A model generated the notes under the pieces. It was given only the letters and a program-made list of their open reading frames with translations, had not been told where the DNA came from and ran no database searches. From an uncultured Alphaproteobacteria bacterium (GTDB lineage: Bacteria; Pseudomonadota; Alphaproteobacteria; Rhizobiales; Xanthobacteraceae), in contig CAWASS010000003.1 in NCBI GenBank assembly GCA_963784755.1, forward strand, positions 395,591 to 459,590: a DNA stretch of 64,000 bases, given 5' to 3'. This document shows positions 11,156-19,498 of this stretch, piece after piece. Each line of letters begins with the position of its first letter. The first letter of the stretch is position 1. The position numbers and the translations under genes were made by a program.

Positions 11156-11371
11156 GGTTACCGGTGTACGGCCACGATACCGCCACAGTGAAAGCGCTTT
11201 CACGTCAGGCCGGCTAAAATCGGCGGCCGCGAGCATTGCTGCCAGTCGATTCGCCACCCCGTATCCTTGCGGTTGAACGCCAAACGCGGCATTGTCACAT
11301 GGCTTGATGCTGCCGGTCCGGTCGCGCATCTCAGAGACTATCCGTACAATCCTGGAGCTAGGCGAATCCTG

Positions 11372-13153
11372 ATGTTTTCCATTCGTTTCAATCGCTTGGC
11401 GATCGCCGTTGCCGCTGCCGCGTCGCTGGCGCTGCCTGGCCGGCTGCTGGCGCAGACCCCGGATCACCCCGCCGACAGCTCGGCGCAATTTCCCTCAAGC
11501 CGCGACCTCAAGGGCCTGACCACCGCCGGCAGCTATCTTGCCGCGCGTCATGCCAGCGTGGAACGCGATGCGAGTTCGGCTGCGACATTCTATCGCTCGG
11601 CACTTCGCACCGATCCGAAAAACAACGAGCTGCTCGACCGCGCCTTCATCTCCTCGCTTGCCGAAGGCGATATCGACGAGGCGGTGAAGCTCGCCGACCG
11701 CATCCTGACCATCGACAAGAACAACCGCGTGGCGCGGCTCGTGGTCGGGGCGCGCGACCTGAAGCAGAAGAAATATGCGGCGGCGCAGATCAACATCAAC
11801 CAGTCGGTGCGCGGGCCGATCACCGATCTGGTGGCGACGCTGCTGTCGGGCTGGGCCGCCTATGGCGCCGGCGACACCAAGACCGCGATTGCCAACATCG
11901 ACAAGCTGACCGGGCCGGAATGGTATCCGATCTTCAAGGATCTGCACTCCGGCATGATCCTCGAACTCGCGGGCAAGGAAAAGGATGCCGGCGTGCGTCT
12001 CGATCGGGCCTACAAGCTCGACGATTCCGCGCTGCGGGTGATGGACTCCTATGCGCGCTGGCTGTCGCGCAACAAGGATGCCGCGTCGGCTCTGGCGGTT
12101 TACGAAGCGTTCGACAAGAAGCTCTCGCGCCATCCGCTGGTGCTTGAGGGCATTCGCGAGACCAGGGCCGGCAAGAAGCTGCCGCCGCTGGTGGATTCGC
12201 CGCAGACCGGTGCCGCCGAAGCGCTGTACGGCATCGGCGCATCGCTCACCCGCCGCGGCGGCGAGGATCTGGCGCTGGTCTATCTGCAGTTGGCGCTTTA
12301 TCTCGCGCCCAATCATTCGCTGGCGCTGCTGTCGCTGGCAGACCTTTATGAGTCGGTGAAGAAGCCGCAGATGGCGATCAAGGTCTATGAGCGCGTGCCG
12401 GCCAATTCGCCGCTGAAGCGCAATGCACAGATTCAGCAGGCCACCGATCTCGACAGCGCCGACCGCAGCGACGAGGCGATCAAGATTTTGAAGGACGTGA
12501 CCGCGCAGGATCCGAAGGATCTCGAGGCGCTGATGGCGCTCGGCAACATCGAGCGCGGACGCAAGAAGTTCGCCGACTGCACCCAGACCTATACGCTGGG
12601 CATCGACGCGCTGCCGTCCGCCAACGACAAGGGCAACTGGGTCTATTATTATTTCCGCGGCATCTGCGAGGAGCGTTCCAAGCAGTGGAGCAAGGCCGAG
12701 GCGGACATGCGCAAGGCGCTCGACCTGCAGCCCGAGCAGCCGCATGTGCTGAATTATCTCGGCTATTCGTGGATCGACCAGGGCATCAATCTCGATGACG
12801 CCATGAAGATGATCAAGCGCGCCGTCGATCAGCGCCCCGACGACGGCTACATCGTGGACTCGCTGGGCTGGGCCTATTACCGGATCGGCAATTTCGAGGA
12901 CGCGGTGAAAAATCTCGAACGCGCCATCGACCTCAAGCCGGAAGACCCCACCATCAACGACCATCTCGGCGACGCCTATTGGCGCATCGGCCGCACGCTG
13001 GAGGCGAAATTCCAGTGGGCGCATGCCCGCGACCTCAAGCCGGAGCCGGAAGAGTTGCCGAAGATCGAGGCCAAGATCGAGAACGGCCTGCCGGAGGACA
13101 CCTCTTCGGCGGCCTCAGCGGACAAGAAAAAAGAAGACGGCAAGGGCGGCTGA
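11372..13153 (+). CDS. Tetratricopeptide-repeat protein with signal peptide
   Basis: Repeated TPR-like helices (VLNYLGYSWID, DSLGWAYY, DHLGDAYW); position upstream of ispE. Confidence 0.85.
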   Translation: MFSIRFNRLAIAVAAAASLALPGRLLAQTPDHPADSSAQFPSSRDLKGLTTAGSYLAARHASVERDASSAATFYRSALRTDPKNNELLDRAFISSLAEGDIDEAVKLADRILTIDKNNRVARLVVGARDLKQKKYAAAQININQSVRGPITDLVATLLSGWAAYGAGDTKTAIANIDKLTGPEWYPIFKDLHSGMILELAGKEKDAGVRLDRAYKLDDSALRVMDSYARWLSRNKDAASALAVYEAFDKKLSRHPLVLEGIRETRAGKKLPPLVDSPQTGAAEALYGIGASLTRRGGEDLALVYLQLALYLAPNHSLALLSLADLYESVKKPQMAIKVYERVPANSPLKRNAQIQQATDLDSADRSDEAIKILKDVTAQDPKDLEALMALGNIERGRKKFADCTQTYTLGIDALPSANDKGNWVYYYFRGICEERSKQWSKAEADMRKALDLQPEQPHVLNYLGYSWIDQGINLDDAMKMIKRAVDQRPDDGYIVDSLGWAYYRIGNFEDAVKNLERAIDLKPEDPTINDHLGDAYWRIGRTLEAKFQWAHARDLKPEPEELPKIEAKIENGLPEDTSSAASADKKKEDGKGG

Positions 13154-13166
13154 TCGAAGGGTCCCG

Positions 13167-14054
13167 ATGCCGGCGCTAACTGAGGATGGTCGTGCAAAGG
13201 TCAACCTGACGCTTCGGGTGGTTGGCCGCCGCGTCGACGGCTATCACGACCTCGAAAGCGTGGTGGCGTTTTGCGATTGCGCCGACCGTCTGACGCTTAA
13301 ATCCGGATCCAAACTCGCCCTCACGACCACGGGACCGTGCGCGCCGGACTGCGGCGAGCCTTCGGACAATCTCGTGCTGAAGGCGGCGCGCTTGCTTGGC
13401 GAGCGGGTGCCCGGTCTCAAATCGGGCGAGTTCATTCTCGAAAAGCTGCTGCCGGTCGCAGCCGGCATCGGCGGCGGATCGGCGGACGCCGCGGCCGCGC
13501 TGCGGTTGCTGGCCCGCGCCAACAGGCTCGCGCTGGACGACCCGCGCCTGATCGAGGTTGCGCAACTGACCGGCGCCGACGTTCCGGTTTGCCTGGCCTC
13601 GCGCGCCTGCGTCATGACCGGCGTCGGCGAAACGCTGCTGCCGCTCGATTTGCCGAAAATGCCATGCGTGCTGGTCAATCCGCGCGTTCCCGTTGCGACC
13701 AAGGATGTATTCGAGGCGCTGGGTCTGCGGCATGGCGAGTTGCTGGTCGGTGCGACCGATGTGATCCTGCTTGATCCGATCTGGCCGGAAGCCGGGGCGC
13801 CGATTGACGTGTGGACCGAGGCGCTTGCCGACATCGGCAACGATCTGGAGCAGCCGGCGACCCGCCTTCAACCCGCCATCGGCGAGGTGTTGGCAGCGTT
13901 GCGGGACACTGCCGGCGCGCGGCTGGCGCGGATGTCGGGCTCGGGCGCGACATGTTTTGCGATCTTCAACGATGACGCCGACGCGCAGCGCGCGGCGCAG
14001 GCGATCCAGCGCGAGCACCCGCAATGGTGGGTGCACGGGGGAGTGCTGAGCTAG
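13167..14054 (+). CDS. ispE: 4-diphosphocytidyl-2-C-methyl-D-erythritol kinase
   Basis: AKVNLTL, DGYHDLES, AAGIGGGSADAAA, GADVPVC and RMSGSGATCF motifs. Confidence 0.95.
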   Translation: MPALTEDGRAKVNLTLRVVGRRVDGYHDLESVVAFCDCADRLTLKSGSKLALTTTGPCAPDCGEPSDNLVLKAARLLGERVPGLKSGEFILEKLLPVAAGIGGGSADAAAALRLLARANRLALDDPRLIEVAQLTGADVPVCLASRACVMTGVGETLLPLDLPKMPCVLVNPRVPVATKDVFEALGLRHGELLVGATDVILLDPIWPEAGAPIDVWTEALADIGNDLEQPATRLQPAIGEVLAALRDTAGARLARMSGSGATCFAIFNDDADAQRAAQAIQREHPQWWVHGGVLS

Positions 14055-14059
14055 CTTTC

Positions 14060-14141
14060 GTAGGATGGGTAGAGCGAAGCGAAACCCATCATGCCTGCGG
14101 CGACATCTTTGATGGGTTTCGCTTCGCTCTACCCATCCTAC
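14060..14141. repeat. REP-like palindrome family A, perfect 31-bp inverted repeat
   Basis: gtaggatgggtagagcgaagcgaaacccatc (14060-14090) is the exact reverse complement of 14111-14141. Confidence 0.9.
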
Positions 14142-14144
14142 AAG

Positions 14145-15155
14145 TCAATGCGATCTCGCCAGGCAGAATGCCACCACCTGCTCCAGCGCGGTCTTCATCG
14201 GGGAAGCCGGAAACAGCGCCAGCGCGTCGACCGCCATCGCGCCGTAATGCTGGGCGCGGTGGATGGTGTCTTCCAGCGCGCGGTACTTGGTCATGAGCCC
14301 GATGGCGTGATCGAGGTCGCCGTCGCCGATCTCGCCGCGCTCCAGCGCGTGCACCCAGAACGCGCGCTCAACGTCGTTGCCGCGGCGGAACGCCAGCACC
14401 ACCGGCAGCGTGATCTTGCCCTCGCGAAAATCGTCGCCGACGTTCTTGCCGAGTTTTGCGGCCTTGCCGCCATAGTCCAGCACGTCATCGACCAGCTGGA
14501 ACGCGATGCCGAGATTCATCCCGACCGAACGGCATGCGGTCTGCTCGGCCTTCGGGCGGTTGGCGATCACCGGGCCGACCTCGCAGGCGGCGGCGAACAG
14601 TTCGGCGGTCTTGCCGCGGATCACCGCGAGATATTCGTCCTCGGTGGTGGCGGTGTTTTTCGCCGCCGCCAACTGCATCACTTCGCCTTCCGCGATGGTT
14701 GCGGCGGCGGAAGAGAGAATGTCGAGCGCGCGCAGCGAGCCGACCTCGACCATCATCCGGAACGCCTGCCCGAGCAGGAAATCGCCGACCAGAACGCTGG
14801 CCTCGTTGCCCCACAGCATCCGCGCCGACAGCTTGCCGCGCCGAAGCTCGCTCTCATCGACCACGTCGTCATGCAGCAAGGTCGCGGTGTGCATGAATTC
14901 GACCGATGCCGCGAGCTTGATGTGACCCTCGCCCGAATAGCCGGCGAGATGCGCCATCGCCAGCGTCAGCATCGGGCGCAGCCTTTTTCCGCCCGAGGAA
15001 ATCAGGTGGTTGGCGACCTCGGGGATCATGGTGACTTCGGAGCCGGTCCGCGACAGGATGGTGGCGTTGACGCGCGCCATGTCGGCGGCGACAAGCCCGA
15101 CCAGTTGATCGATCGACGCTGTCGAGGGGCTCTCGAAGGGGACTATTACCGCCAC
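14145..15155 (-). CDS. ispB: Polyprenyl (octa/decaprenyl) diphosphate synthase
   Basis: GGKRLRP, first aspartate-rich LLHDDVVD, second FQLVDD, GKT. Confidence 0.88.
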   Translation of the reverse strand: MAVIVPFESPSTASIDQLVGLVAADMARVNATILSRTGSEVTMIPEVANHLISSGGKRLRPMLTLAMAHLAGYSGEGHIKLAASVEFMHTATLLHDDVVDESELRRGKLSARMLWGNEASVLVGDFLLGQAFRMMVEVGSLRALDILSSAAATIAEGEVMQLAAAKNTATTEDEYLAVIRGKTAELFAAACEVGPVIANRPKAEQTACRSVGMNLGIAFQLVDDVLDYGGKAAKLGKNVGDDFREGKITLPVVLAFRRGNDVERAFWVHALERGEIGDGDLDHAIGLMTKYRALEDTIHRAQHYGAMAVDALALFPASPMKTALEQVVAFCLARSH

Positions 15156-15293
15156 GCCGGTCTCCAGATTTGCGGAAATTCACTCTAATCCTCGACTATA
15201 ACAATAGAAAGTGCGGGGTGACGCGGCAAGGGCACGAAGCGGTTGACACGCGCCGCGAAGCCTTGAAGCAGGGCCGGTTCGAAGGAGTCACAA

Positions 15294-15521
15294 TTGCGGG
15301 AATTGGTGCGGACCAACGATATTGTGCTGGTGTCGGCGATCGGCGCGTTGCTCGACGGCGCCAACATCCATCATCTGGTGCTGGACCAGAACATGAGCAT
15401 CATCGAAGGCTCGCTCGGCGTGCTGCCGCGCCGGATCCTGGTCCATGAGGACGATAATCGCCAGGCGCGCCGGCTCCTCACCGACGCCGGGCTCGCCCAT
15501 GAATTGCGGGCCGATGACTGA
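15294..15521 (+). CDS. DUF2007-like small protein
   Basis: 75 aa, LVRTND...LD.NMS..EGS.G..PRRILV pattern; overlaps next start. Confidence 0.7.
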   Translation: MRELVRTNDIVLVSAIGALLDGANIHHLVLDQNMSIIEGSLGVLPRRILVHEDDNRQARRLLTDAGLAHELRADD

Positions 15522-16281
15522 GCATCACTTTGAGACCACCGAGGACGCATTTCTCGGCGGGCGGCTGCGGTTGCGCCAGCCGAAGTCGGGGCACCGCGCC
15601 GGTCACGACGCGATGCTGCTGGCGGCGGCGACCCCGGCGCGTCCGGGCGACCGCGTGGTCGATTTCGGCGCCGGCGTCGGTGCGGCGGGCCTAGCGGTTG
15701 CAAGGCGCGTCGCGGCAATAGAGATCGTTCTGGTCGAGATCGACGAGGCGCTTGCGGCGCTGGCGCGCGGCAATGCCGCGTCGAATGGAATCGAGGCTAA
15801 AGTCGTCGCGATGGACATTGCATCCAGCGCTGATGCTTTCGCTGCTGCGGGACTGCAGCCCGACAGTATCGACGCTGTCCTGATGAATCCGCCGTTCAAC
15901 GATTCCGCGCGGCATCGATCGTCTCCCGACAGCAGCCGCGAGAGCGCCCATGTCGCCGGTGCGGCCACGCTGGAGAACTGGGTTCATGCGGCGCGGCGCA
16001 TCCTGAAATCCGGCGGCGTACTGACCCTGATATGGCGCGCCGACGCGCTCGGCGGGGTGCTGGCGGCGCTCGATCGCGGTTTTGGCAGTCTTGCAATTCT
16101 GCCGGTGCATGGCGACGCCACGGCACCTGCGATTCGCATACTGGTTCGTGCAATCAAAGGAGGCAGGGCGCCGACTCAAATTTATGCAGGCCTGATGCTC
16201 AACGATAAGTCAGGCGTGCCTAATAAACAGCTTCAGGAAATATTGGCCGGGACGGGCGCTCTGCCGTTGGCCACGCTTTGA
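15514..16281 (+). CDS. tRNA1(Val) A37 N6-methyltransferase-like (YfiC/TrmN6 family)
   Basis: VVDFGAGVG SAM motif and MNPPF motif. Confidence 0.8.
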   Translation: MTEHHFETTEDAFLGGRLRLRQPKSGHRAGHDAMLLAAATPARPGDRVVDFGAGVGAAGLAVARRVAAIEIVLVEIDEALAALARGNAASNGIEAKVVAMDIASSADAFAAAGLQPDSIDAVLMNPPFNDSARHRSSPDSSRESAHVAGAATLENWVHAARRILKSGGVLTLIWRADALGGVLAALDRGFGSLAILPVHGDATAPAIRILVRAIKGGRAPTQIYAGLMLNDKSGVPNKQLQEILAGTGALPLATL

Positions 16282-16321
16282 ACGCCGGCCTCGGCAGACT
16301 GCAGGCCGAAGCGATTTTTCG

Positions 16322-16420
16322 TTATTGCGGCAATGTTTCCGGGCGCTTTTCAGGAGTCGAGGTGAAGTGGACAGCGGCCAGCAGAGCGCCGATAAGCATT
16401 ATCAGCAGATAGATTTTCAT
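16322..16420 (-). CDS. Small 32-aa membrane/secreted peptide MKIYLLIMLIGALLAAVHFTSTPEKRPETLPQ (not in ORF track)
   Basis: ATG at 16420, TAA at 16324-16322, GGAGA ribosome-binding site 5 nt upstream, hydrophobic N-terminus. Confidence 0.65.
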   Translation of the reverse strand: MKIYLLIMLIGALLAAVHFTSTPEKRPETLPQ

Positions 16421-16539
16421 GTCTTTCTCCGCTGCCTCATTGCAGCCTGACAACGGCGGCAATGCAAATGACGTTCCACTGATCCGGAATAACACTGACG
16501 TGATAGAATATAAGAATTGGTAAATTTTGAGGAAACGAC

Positions 16540-17445
16540 ATGAGTGAGCAGATCGGTGGCCGGCGCGAGCAGCTTTGGTCGATGGACAGGTTGATGGACC
16601 TCGTCCCGGTGCGCTGGCGGCGGGGTGCAGCGGTGGTGCCGGTGGTCAGGCTCGCCGGCGTGATCGGCGCCGTGACCCCGCTGCGGCCAGGCATGTCGCT
16701 GGCCGGCGTCGCCAAGATGCTGGAACGCGCCTTCGCCACCCGGAACGCCAAGGCGGTCGCGCTGGTGATCAATTCGCCGGGCGGATCGCCGGTGCAGTCG
16801 CGCCAGATCTATCTGCGCATCCGCCAGCTCGCCGCGGAAAAGAAACTGCCGGTGCTGGTATTCGTGGAAGATGTCGCGGCATCCGGCGGCTACATGCTGG
16901 CCTGCGCCGGCGACGAGATTTTCTGCGATCCGTCGTCGATCCTGGGATCGATCGGCGTGGTCGGCGGCAGTTTTGGGTTCCAGGAACTGATCAGGAAGAT
17001 CGGCGTCGAGCGGCGGCTGTACACGGCGGGTGAGCACAAGGCGATGCTCGATCCCTTCCTGCCGGAGGATCCCGACGACGTGGCGCGGGTAAAAGCGCTT
17101 CAGCACGAGATCCACGCCATCTTCATTGCGCTGGTGAAGCAGAGCCGGGGAACCCGGTTGAAGGGCGCGGAAGACGTGCTGTTCTCCGGCGAATACTGGG
17201 CCGGGGAAACCTCGGTTTCGCTCGGGCTCGCGGACGCCATCGGCGATCTCAGGTCGACGCTGCGGGCGCGCTATGGCGACAAGGTGCAGACGCCGGTGAT
17301 CGCGCCGCCGACCGGGCTGCTGGGGGGGCTGATGGGCCGCAAATCGGCGGGGGCGGGAACCTCGATGGATGGTCTCGCCGGCCTGCCGGACGATCTGATT
17401 TCCGCGCTGGAGACCCGGGCGATTTGGGCCAAATTCGGGTTTTGA
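16540..17445 (+). CDS. S49 family peptidase (SppA-like)
   Basis: INSPGGSP, AASGGY and GSIGV motifs. Confidence 0.9.
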   Translation: MSEQIGGRREQLWSMDRLMDLVPVRWRRGAAVVPVVRLAGVIGAVTPLRPGMSLAGVAKMLERAFATRNAKAVALVINSPGGSPVQSRQIYLRIRQLAAEKKLPVLVFVEDVAASGGYMLACAGDEIFCDPSSILGSIGVVGGSFGFQELIRKIGVERRLYTAGEHKAMLDPFLPEDPDDVARVKALQHEIHAIFIALVKQSRGTRLKGAEDVLFSGEYWAGETSVSLGLADAIGDLRSTLRARYGDKVQTPVIAPPTGLLGGLMGRKSAGAGTSMDGLAGLPDDLISALETRAIWAKFGF

Positions 17446-17557
17446 GCGTTAGATCCCCGCGCCATTACGCCTCGCCAAGGGTGATTGCGAACCGGCCCGG
17501 GTTGCGCGAGAATGGCGATCAAGGGGCGCGTGACAGATGAACGACAAGGATCGACCG

Positions 17558-17749
17558 ATGCCGCCGCTGATCGCACTTGCAGGCGCCCTGGGTGGGCTGG
17601 CCGTGGTCCGCTGGGCTTACCGGACCGCCCAAAGGGTCAATCGGGAACTGGAAGAGGCGCGCCTCGCGCGGCTCGCCGAGGCCGCGCGGGGAAGCGAGAT
17701 TCCGACCCTGCGCCGCGACCCCACTACCGGCGCCTATCGGCCGGGCTGA
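17558..17749 (+). CDS. Small hypothetical membrane-anchored protein
   Basis: AAGGA RBS, hydrophobic N-terminus, C-terminal LRRDPTTGAYRP. Confidence 0.65.
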   Translation: MPPLIALAGALGGLAVVRWAYRTAQRVNRELEEARLARLAEAARGSEIPTLRRDPTTGAYRPG

Positions 17750-17752
17750 CGT

Positions 17753-17915
17753 CGTCATTCCGGGGCGACGCGAAGCGGCGAGCCCGGAATCCATAACCCC
17801 CAATCGTGGTTATGGATTCCGGGCCTGCGCATCCAAGTCGGCTGTTGCCGACTTGGACAATGACAATGCCGAACTCGGGTAAACCCGAGTTCGGCTGGGC
17901 GCATCCGGAATAACG
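17753..17915. repeat. REP-like family B composite with two nested perfect hairpins
   Basis: Family B arms plus an 11-bp stem (17832-17857) and a 12-bp stem (17868-17895) inserted in the last arm. Confidence 0.85.
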
Positions 17916-18000
17916 TCTGTTCGCATCGCCTTGATTCCCCTCTCTGCCGCCGATACGGTCCCGCGCGCTCGACTACCCCTTCCCGAGACCGATTCTACCG

Positions 18001-18936
18001 ATGGACTCGCTGCCCCCGCATATGCGCCCGGAACGCTCGTTCCAGGGCTTCATCCTTGCCCTGCAGCGGTTCTGGGCCGATCAGGGCTGCGTGATCCTGC
18101 AGCCTTACGATATGGAAATGGGAGCAGGCACGTTCCATCCGGCGACGACGTTGCGCGCGCTCGGGCCGAGACCGTGGAAGGCGGCTTACGTGCAGCCCTC
18201 GCGCCGGCCCAAAGATGGCCGCTACGGCGAAAACCCCAATCGCCTGCAACACTACTATCAGTTTCAGGTGATCGTAAAACCGTCGCCGCCCGACCTTCAG
18301 GAACTGTATCTGAAGTCGCTCGCCGCCATCGGCATCGACTCGGCGCTGCACGACCTCCGCTTTGTCGAGGACGACTGGGAAAGCCCGACGCTGGGCGCGT
18401 GGGGGCTGGGGTGGGAATGCTGGTGCGACGGCATGGAAGTGTCGCAGTTCACCTACTTCCAGCAGGTCGCGGGCGTCGAATGCGCGCCGGTGGCGGGCGA
18501 ACTCACCTACGGGCTGGAGCGGCTCGCGATGTATGTGCAGGGCGTCGACCGCGTCTACGACCTCAATTTCAACGGCCGCGAGGGCGCCGACAAGGTGACC
18601 TATGGCGACGTGTTTTTGCAGGCCGAGCAGGAATATTCGCGGCACAATTTCGAAGCTGCCGACACCGACATGCTGTTCGAACAATTCAGGATGGCCGAGC
18701 AAGCCTGCCGGAAATATCTCGATGCCGGCTGGAAAGAGGGCAGCAACCGCAGGGAGCATTTGATGGCGCTGCCGGCCTATGACCAGTGCATCAAGGCCAG
18801 CCACGTCTTCAACCTGCTCGACGCCCGCGGCGTGATCTCGGTGACCGAGCGGCAAAGCTACATCATGCGCGTGCGCGAACTGGCCAAAGCCTGCGGCGAC
18901 GCCTGGGTGCATACCGAAGCCGGCGGGTCAGGGTAG
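18001..18936 (+). CDS. glyQ: Glycine--tRNA ligase alpha subunit
   Basis: [44 protein letters not shown]-type motif (LTYGLERL). Confidence 0.97.
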   Translation: MDSLPPHMRPERSFQGFILALQRFWADQGCVILQPYDMEMGAGTFHPATTLRALGPRPWKAAYVQPSRRPKDGRYGENPNRLQHYYQFQVIVKPSPPDLQELYLKSLAAIGIDSALHDLRFVEDDWESPTLGAWGLGWECWCDGMEVSQFTYFQQVAGVECAPVAGELTYGLERLAMYVQGVDRVYDLNFNGREGADKVTYGDVFLQAEQEYSRHNFEAADTDMLFEQFRMAEQACRKYLDAGWKEGSNRREHLMALPAYDQCIKASHVFNLLDARGVISVTERQSYIMRVRELAKACGDAWVHTEAGGSG

Positions 18937-19006
18937 TTGCTTCGGCGTTTCTTAAAGCAAGAGTTTTCTAAGAAGCAGAAGCTGTTCTAGAGCGGCGGCG
19001 CCTCTT

Positions 19007-19453
19007 CTCCCCTCCTCCTTGCGGGGAGGGGTCGGGGGTGGGGGTCCACAGGCGATGGCTAATATGATTGAATCGCAAGCGATGGTTGACAGTCAGCGGC
19101 AATTTGCACGCCGAATGCGCGCGCAACCGACCGATGCTGAGCGCGTGCTTTGGCAGCGGCTTCGGCATGACATCGCTTTGACCGGCTCGCATTTCCGGCG
19201 TCAGGCTTCGATCGGACCGTTCATTGTCGATTTCGCGAGTCGAAAGGCGAAACTCGTCATCGAACTCGACGGCGGCCAGCATGATCTGCAGCGCGCGGCC
19301 GATGCTGCGCGGACGCGGCGCATCGAGAGCAGCGGCTATCGGGTTTTGCGTTTCTGGAACAACGACGTGCTTGGCAACCTCGAAGGCGTGCTCAGCGAAA
19401 TTCAGCGCGCGTTGCCCCCCGTCCCCGACCCCTCCACGCAAGGGGGAGGGGAG
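19007..19453. mobile_element. Inverted-repeat-bounded DUF559 cassette (putative miniature mobile element)
   Basis: 37-bp inverted repeats at 19007-19043 and 19417-19453 (33/37 identical) bracket an endonuclease ORF inside glyQS. Confidence 0.6.
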
Positions 19454-19498
19454 CCGCGCCAGCGTGCGCCGCGCCGTCCCCGCAAAGAGCGCAAATAA
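19055..19498 (+). CDS. DUF559 / Vsr-like endonuclease domain protein
   Basis: T.AE..LW..LR, FRRQ..IGPFIVDF, LVIELDGGQH, GYRVLRFWN pattern. Confidence 0.88.
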   Translation: MANMIESQAMVDSQRQFARRMRAQPTDAERVLWQRLRHDIALTGSHFRRQASIGPFIVDFASRKAKLVIELDGGQHDLQRAADAARTRRIESSGYRVLRFWNNDVLGNLEGVLSEIQRALPPVPDPSTQGGGEPRQRAPRRPRKERK

